This document shows, piece after piece, positions 58,288 through 64,000 of a stretch of DNA of 64,000 bases. Positions within the stretch are counted from its first letter, which is position 1. Every line of letters starts with the position of its first letter. Under the pieces are notes generated by a model that ran no database searches, had not been told where the DNA came from, and saw only the letters and a list, made by a program, of their open reading frames with translations. A program made the position numbers and the translations under genes. Source of the DNA: an uncultured Mollicutes bacterium (GTDB lineage: Bacteria; Bacillota_I; Bacilli_A; RFN20; CAG-288); assembly GCA_900539865.1 (NCBI GenBank), contig UQDS01000002.1, positions 64,926 through 128,925 on the forward strand, read 5' to 3'.

Positions 58288-61011
58288 TTATTCAGAGCGC
58301 AAGGCAGTTACGGGGTCTTTCTTTGCTGCAGATTTTGCAGGAACAAGTCCTGCGACAGAAGTTAACACCATCGATACAAGAATGACAATGAGCGCCGCAA
58401 TAGGAGAAAGGGTCGCGATACGAGCAATCGGTGTGTTCATTGATATCGAAATATTGGCGATGAGTTGTAGCAAATATGTAAAGGCAATACCAAAGGCTCC
58501 CGAGGCAAAACCGATGATCAAAGTCTCAGCATAGAAGAGGTTTGATACATCCTTCTTTCGGCCGCCTAAAGCACGAATGGTGCCAATTTCTTTGATACGT
58601 TCCATGACAGAAACATAGGTGATAATACCAATCATTACTGTCGAAACGAGCAAGGCTAACGCGGTGAAACAAATCAAAGCTATCGTGATGATATAGATGA
58701 CGTTATTGATCATAGATATAACAACTTCGAGATTGTCTGTATATGTGATTTCATCGCGTTGTTCATCTGTCAACATTTTTCCATTAACTTCGATCGTTTC
58801 TTTGCTGTTCCAACGATCTAGATAATCCGTGACTAAATATTTCTTATCAAAAGAATTTGGATAGAATGACATACCGACAGGATATTGTTTTCCACCCACC
58901 GCTTCTACTAGAAGGGTAGAAGAACGAATTTTTTCTTTTTCTCCTCCCGTCATCGAAGCGAAGATTTCATACATCGAATTTCCTGTTCCTAAGAAGCCGA
59001 TATTGTCTTCATATCTGGTTCCTTCATAAGTTAAAGGGAAATTATAATAGATTCCGTAATTGAAAAGGATATCTTCTCCTGTATTAGGATCTTTCGTAGG
59101 AAGAGAACCGGAAGGAAGTCCTTCTACTTCTTTATTTTCCGCAACATAATCACGAATAAACTTCGATATTTGAGAATTATAGTTGTCTTGCAAATAACGT
59201 TTCGTAAAGGCAGTTGTGTAATAAAATCCAGGGCCTAAAGAATAATATTGTCGATTTTGTTTTGGTTTTAAAATACCCACTACTTTTAACGGCAATCCAT
59301 TTTGCCAAGAGGAGTCACGCTCATAAGAATAAAAGAAAGGTCGAATATTTGAAGTCATCGGCAAAACATTTTTCTTTAAGACAGTATTGTTAGGGAAATA
59401 AGTAAACGTCTTTGACATCAACTCATCTATAGCTATCTCACGTTGCTCTTCAAACATCTCCTCATCATATTTGCCATCTTCCATAAATTTATGAACTAAG
59501 TTCATGAATTGTTCCTGACTAAAATAGCCAAGCAGAGTTAAGAGCAAATCATTAATTTTTGCATCTTTACTCAAAACAATCATGATTTCGTCCTCTTTTT
59601 CCGGAATCTTACCTTTAACAATATCGTATTGATGTGCGATATAGTCACCGTTTTCAAAACCTTGAGAAAGACTGCTATTCATCGTAGAGATGATAGAAGC
59701 GTAGTCAGCATATTGTGTTTTACGGACAATTTCGGCGGCGACAGTCAAGATGAAGGAAAGTGAATATTCTTTGGGTTTCTCTTCTCCTTCAAGGAGATCT
59801 TCAGTATAAATATTGTTATTTACATCGATGCCGTAGTCCATATAAATTTCTTGATAATATTCTTTCGGCATATCACAAACATATTGATAATAATCTGGAG
59901 TGATCTCATTCACGACCATAGAAGAGCCCATCTTCTTTGCACTATCTATAAGTTGCTTTACAATAAAATCAACATTAATATAGCCATCTTTTGTTCCTTC
60001 TTGCAAAATATCTCCCGAAGAAGAACTCGTTGCTAACGCCATCAGTTTTTCTAAATCAAAACCTGATTTCATCACTTGTACTGGATTTCCAGAAAGCATT
60101 TCATCTTGCATGGAATCAATATACCCAGTCACACCGCCAGATAAAGATAAGACTGCCGAAACACCGACAATACCGATGGATGCCGCGATGATGATCATAG
60201 CCGTTCTTTTGGCTTTCACAATCAAGTTCTTTGCGGAAAGTTTAAAAGCGGTCCACCAGCTCATCTTCGCTTCTTCTTTTTTGCGGACAAGATTGACCTC
60301 TTCTACTTTTCTCTCTTTATCTTCCTCTTCAATACTAAAGGGGTTGGTGTCATCGACGACGTCGCCGTCAAGGAGTGAAATAATACGAGTAGAGTACTGT
60401 TTTGCAAGTTCGGGATTATGAGTGACCATAATCACCAGTCTTTCTTTAGAAATCTCCTTGATCAATTCCATGATTTGAACAGATGTCTCACTATCTAGTG
60501 CACCAGTCGGCTCATCCGCTAAGAGAATTTCCGGTTCGTTAACAAGCGCTCTTGCAATAGCGACTCTTTGACATTGACCTCCCGAAAGCTGATTCGGTTT
60601 TTTCTTATACATTCCCGTCAACCCTACGCGGTCAAGAGCGCGCTTTGCTCTTGCTTCTCTTTCTTCTTTCGATACACCTGCAATTGTCAACGCCAACTCG
60701 ACGTTTTCAAGAATGTTTTCTTGTGGAATCAAATTATAGCTTTGAAAAACAAAACCAATGCGATGATTGCGGTAGATATCCCAGTCGCGATCATCGTAAT
60801 ATTTTGTCGATCTTCCTTCAATAATTAAATCGCCTTCTGTGTAATGATCCAATCCGCCTAATATATTCAACAGCGTTGTTTTACCACAGCCTGAAGGTCC
60901 TAAAATCGAAACAAACTCATTCTTGCGAAAACAGAGGTTAATACCTTTTAATGCATGAACGACGCTTTCTTTCATCGTGTAGTCTTTTTTGATGTTATCT
61001 AGTCTTAACAT
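58288..61011 (-). CDS. fused ABC transporter ATPase-permease (MacB/FtsX-type)
   Basis: N-terminal ABC domain (GPSGCGKTT, LSGGQ) followed by an FtsX permease with a large extracytoplasmic loop. Confidence 0.8.
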   Translation of the reverse strand: MLRLDNIKKDYTMKESVVHALKGINLCFRKNEFVSILGPSGCGKTTLLNILGGLDHYTEGDLIIEGRSTKYYDDRDWDIYRNHRIGFVFQSYNLIPQENILENVELALTIAGVSKEEREARAKRALDRVGLTGMYKKKPNQLSGGQCQRVAIARALVNEPEILLADEPTGALDSETSVQIMELIKEISKERLVIMVTHNPELAKQYSTRIISLLDGDVVDDTNPFSIEEEDKERKVEEVNLVRKKEEAKMSWWTAFKLSAKNLIVKAKRTAMIIIAASIGIVGVSAVLSLSGGVTGYIDSMQDEMLSGNPVQVMKSGFDLEKLMALATSSSSGDILQEGTKDGYINVDFIVKQLIDSAKKMGSSMVVNEITPDYYQYVCDMPKEYYQEIYMDYGIDVNNNIYTEDLLEGEEKPKEYSLSFILTVAAEIVRKTQYADYASIISTMNSSLSQGFENGDYIAHQYDIVKGKIPEKEDEIMIVLSKDAKINDLLLTLLGYFSQEQFMNLVHKFMEDGKYDEEMFEEQREIAIDELMSKTFTYFPNNTVLKKNVLPMTSNIRPFFYSYERDSSWQNGLPLKVVGILKPKQNRQYYSLGPGFYYTTAFTKRYLQDNYNSQISKFIRDYVAENKEVEGLPSGSLPTKDPNTGEDILFNYGIYYNFPLTYEGTRYEDNIGFLGTGNSMYEIFASMTGGEKEKIRSSTLLVEAVGGKQYPVGMSFYPNSFDKKYLVTDYLDRWNSKETIEVNGKMLTDEQRDEITYTDNLEVVISMINNVIYIITIALICFTALALLVSTVMIGIITYVSVMERIKEIGTIRALGGRKKDVSNLFYAETLIIGFASGAFGIAFTYLLQLIANISISMNTPIARIATLSPIAALIVILVSMVLTSVAGLVPAKSAAKKDPVTALRSE

Positions 61012-61198
61012 GCAACACCTCCTTTACTTTTCTTGTTTAACAAGAAAACGAAATCATTATATATATTTTATATTTAATGTATCAATTTAATAAAACATTT
61101 TGTTTCGAAATTTTAAGAAATTTTTTACTTTCTTTCTTTTTTGCTAATAAACGCCTGAGAACCTTTTTTTATTTTCAAAAAAAGAGTAAAATGAAATT

Positions 61199-62191
61199 AT
61201 GAAAAAAGAATATTTAGGAATCGATTTAGGAAGCGATAACACCGTTATCTATTCTTCTCTCACCGATGAAGTAATCTTCAATGAACCAACCTGTATTGTC
61301 TTTAACAAAGCAAATCATAAAGTAAAAGACATCGGTTTTCTAGCTTCGAAGATTCAAGGAAAAACGCCCTATACCGTCGAAGTAATTCATCCGATAATCA
61401 ACGGATTGATTTATGATGATGATGCTACTGCTGAATTTTTATCTCAAGTTTTCCAACGCTTGCGCTTTGATAAAAGAAACCGTATCACCTCTCTCATTTT
61501 CACCGCCCCCTCCCTTTCTGGAAAAACCAACCGAAAAGTTCTGATTGAATTAGGAAAAAAATTGTTAGCAAAAGAAATTTATATTGAACCACAAGCTAAA
61601 ATTTCCGCTTTTGCGACTGATTTATCCTCTTTGGTTGCTCCTAACGCAACTTTAGTTTGCGACATCGGTGCAGGTGTCACTGACATCGCCTTACTAAGCA
61701 TGGGAGAAGTCGTCGCATCTGATTCTACGAATGTTGCTGGAAAAACTTTTGATGAAGCAATTCGTCGCTATATGATTCAAAAACAACACCTAAATATCGG
61801 TATCCAATCCGCCGAATACATTAAAATGCGTATCGGATCTATCGCTGACATAAGCGAGAATAGATTAGTCGAAGTCAAAGGTCGCGACACAATCACCTCT
61901 CTTCCTTCCAGTGTCATTGTCTCCTCCGGTGAAATTAAAAACGTCTTAATTCCTCTTGCAAACTACATCGTTTTAAAAATCACCGATGTCATATCTGTCG
62001 TCCCCCCGGAACTTGCTGCCGATATTTCTCGCAATGGTTTAATTCTCACAGGTGGCGGCTCACTTTTAGGAGGTATGGCAAAATATCTTCAAAGTCAATT
62101 ATCTATCCCTGTCAGAGTTTTAGACAATCCTATGGAAGCAAGCAAAGAAGGATTCCGTTCCTATATTCGCTATCTTAATGATAGACAATAA
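61199..62191 (+). CDS. MreB/Mbl-like actin-family ATPase (divergent)
   Basis: Phosphate-1 motif GIDLGSDNT and the overall actin-fold length. Confidence 0.55.
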   Translation: MKKEYLGIDLGSDNTVIYSSLTDEVIFNEPTCIVFNKANHKVKDIGFLASKIQGKTPYTVEVIHPIINGLIYDDDATAEFLSQVFQRLRFDKRNRITSLIFTAPSLSGKTNRKVLIELGKKLLAKEIYIEPQAKISAFATDLSSLVAPNATLVCDIGAGVTDIALLSMGEVVASDSTNVAGKTFDEAIRRYMIQKQHLNIGIQSAEYIKMRIGSIADISENRLVEVKGRDTITSLPSSVIVSSGEIKNVLIPLANYIVLKITDVISVVPPELAADISRNGLILTGGGSLLGGMAKYLQSQLSIPVRVLDNPMEASKEGFRSYIRYLNDRQ

Positions 62192-62213
62192 CCTCTATGA
62201 AAGAAGGAATAAT

Positions 62214-62645
62214 ATGGTTACATTAATTGATTTAAAAAAAGCTAAGATGACAGCATTAAAAAATCATGACAGCAATGCTCAAAGTGTCTTAGGAATTGTC
62301 ATCGCCTCTTATCAAAAAAAACAAATTGAGAAACAAGCAAGCGGTCAAGAAATGACCGATGCTGATATGCTTTCGATTCTGAATAAAACGGTAAAAGAAC
62401 TCACAGATGAAAAAGCCATGTATGAAAACGCCAATCGAAAAGAAGAAGCAGCTAATGACCAAAGGCAGATTGAAATAATTAAAGCGTATTTGCCAAAGAT
62501 GATGGAAGAAAATGAAGTTAGATCCATCATCGAAAATTTAGAAGATAAATCCATAAAAAATATCATGGCTAAGTTTAAAACAGAATATAGCGGCAAAGCA
62601 GATATGGCTATGGTTTCACGTCTTGCAAAAGAATATCAAAAATAA
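62214..62645 (+). CDS. GatB/YqeY domain protein
   Basis: YqeY family pattern. Start placed at MVTLID. Confidence 0.7.
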   Translation: MVTLIDLKKAKMTALKNHDSNAQSVLGIVIASYQKKQIEKQASGQEMTDADMLSILNKTVKELTDEKAMYENANRKEEAANDQRQIEIIKAYLPKMMEENEVRSIIENLEDKSIKNIMAKFKTEYSGKADMAMVSRLAKEYQK

Positions 62646-62712
62646 AAAACTCCTGTGGATCGGTTAGCGCTTCAATTCAATTCATTTTTCTCTTTCCGAT
62701 CCACAGTTTCAT

Positions 62713-62741
62713 TTGACATTTGCTTGAATTTAACTTATTAT
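62713..62741 (+). promoter_or_regulatory. sigma-A promoter TTGACA-17-TATTAT for tRNA-Trp
   Basis: Hexamers at 62713-62718 and 62736-62741. Confidence 0.6.
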
Positions 62742-62760
62742 AATTAGGCTAATTTTCCAC

Positions 62761-62834
62761 GGGGAAATAGTTAAGTGGTATAACAGTGGTCTCCAAAACC
62801 ATTATTGAGAGTTCGATTCTTTCTTTCCCCGCCA
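62761..62834 (+). tRNA. tRNA-Trp (anticodon CCA)
   Basis: Anticodon loop CUCCAAA. Acceptor GGGGAAA/UUUCCCC. Terminator hairpin at 62843-62870. Confidence 0.85.
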
Positions 62835-63200
62835 TTAAGTAAAAATGCCCGATTTCTCGGGCTTTTTTTGTGGCGGATTTTGTTTTTGATACAATTTTGA
62901 TACAACTTTCTAAAAAAATAACTAAAAAATTTAGAAAAATTATCTTCTAAAATACCAGCAATAGAACCTCAATAATCCTCAATTTCATCAATCTAATAGA
63001 ATCGATGAAGAATCAGCTTAACTTTTTTAATCTTCTGATAAGTTTCTTGTTGTTTACTCTTTGAAAAGAACACTACATATACCAACACAACACGTTATTT
63101 TTTAACGCCAAGATTGCCACATATATAAGTGACAAAAGAAGAAAGAAACAAACAATCGCATATAAAGGAATCAAAGAAACTAGAATTATTTGAAGTTGAC

Positions 63201-63506
63201 TCATAAATCATCCTCCATTTCTTCTTCCTTTCCTAAATCAGACTCTGGATCTTTTTCCGTAGAATAAGAAACAGTGCGATGATCTAAACCAGCTTTCTTA
63301 CTATAGAAAGATACCAAAGACTTTTTACTACGCCAGGGAGAGAACAACAAAACAAAAAAATAGATCGGAAGATACACAATATAAAAAGAAAGAAAGAAAA
63401 TCCAATATAAAGGCAACAATACAATTGGAAAAAAATCAGGAATAAATTTAATTTTAATCATAGTATTGACTTTCTCCTTTCTTTTAAGTAAACTAATAAA
63501 GAACAA
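63201..63506 (-). CDS. hypothetical small membrane protein
   Basis: ORF with a hydrophobic core. Confidence 0.35.
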   Translation of the reverse strand: MFFISLLKRKEKVNTMIKIKFIPDFFPIVLLPLYWIFFLSFYIVYLPIYFFVLLFSPWRSKKSLVSFYSKKAGLDHRTVSYSTEKDPESDLGKEEEMEDDL

Positions 63507-63599
63507 CGACTAGGTAAACTATTGAAGAATAACCACACCTACACAAACTCATCTATCAAGTGCTGACCGGGGGAGGGCATTGCGCTGCCTCCCATTTTT

Positions 63600-63941
63600 T
63601 TATTCAATAATTATCTTTTTAGGCTTTTTTAAAAAATATTCAAGATTATCTTTAGTTATTTCTCTTTTGTTTTTTTCAATCAAAAATGGACAATTATCAA
63701 ACAATCCTTCAGACCTAGCTTTGATGTAATAACCTTTTCCCAATTTTCTTTTCCGATTAGGATCTTCAATAAATAAATGATTTAATTGATGAAAATCACC
63801 ATTTTCATCCTTAATATAATAATGTTCCTTACCTGAAGCTCCGTTAAAAACAAGACTGTCAGGAATAGAGTACAAATTAAGATTATTCTCGTCTTTCTTA
63901 AAAGAAGAATAACTTGATTTCTTTTTATATTGATTATTCAT
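63600..63941 (-). CDS. hypothetical protein, 113 aa
   Basis: Complete ORF. A GC-rich terminator hairpin lies at 63569-63598. Confidence 0.4.
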   Translation of the reverse strand: MNNQYKKKSSYSSFKKDENNLNLYSIPDSLVFNGASGKEHYYIKDENGDFHQLNHLFIEDPNRKRKLGKGYYIKARSEGLFDNCPFLIEKNKREITKDNLEYFLKKPKKIIIE

Positions 63942-64000
63942 AAATAACTCCTTTCAAAATAACCACAACTTAGGCACATCTTCGCCTTTCGCTTTCTTAA

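Noticed and set aside
1-64000. Scan for CRISPR arrays, rRNA genes, integrases and prophage genes
   Set aside because: No regularly spaced direct repeats and no rRNA-like segments were seen. The only mobile gene is the solo tnpB.

Overview
This 64 kb window is a chromosomal segment from a low-GC Firmicutes-type genome. Gene content, AT-rich codon usage, the RNA polymerase delta subunit and an ECF transporter S component suggest Bacilli or Erysipelotrichia. The backbone is mostly housekeeping genes (pnp, argS, ychF, ispF, pgi, typA, an ABC-F ATPase, hpf, rluB, rsmF, udk, pdp and a transaldolase) plus several peptidases: two M3 oligoendopeptidases, an M32 and an M18. I count 12 tRNA genes in five clusters, most with near-consensus sigma-A promoters and rho-independent terminators. 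The window also carries an FMN riboswitch with a terminator/antiterminator expression platform in front of an ECF S-component gene that is probably ribU. A solitary IS200/IS605-family TnpB (OrfB) element has inserted beside a five-tRNA cluster. There is a striking group of lipoprotein or secreted nucleic-acid-degrading enzymes: a barnase-family RNase, an endonuclease-I-type DNase, a 5'-nucleotidase, NrnA and a CysQ-like phosphatase. The most unusual locus, and my best candidate for an undescribed system, is at 5.9-14.4 kb. It is a translationally coupled pair of N-terminally membrane-anchored extracellular proteins (about 365-411 aa followed by about 516-1404 aa), present as two diverged tandem copies. 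I cannot assign either protein to any known family from the sequence. Other items worth a second look are an ECF S-component paralog with a long C-terminal extension, a Fic-family protein with a degenerate catalytic motif, a promoter- and terminator-bracketed 40-codon basic ORF, and a 15-bp perfect inverted repeat bracketing two tRNAs. No CRISPR array, rRNA gene or integrase was seen.
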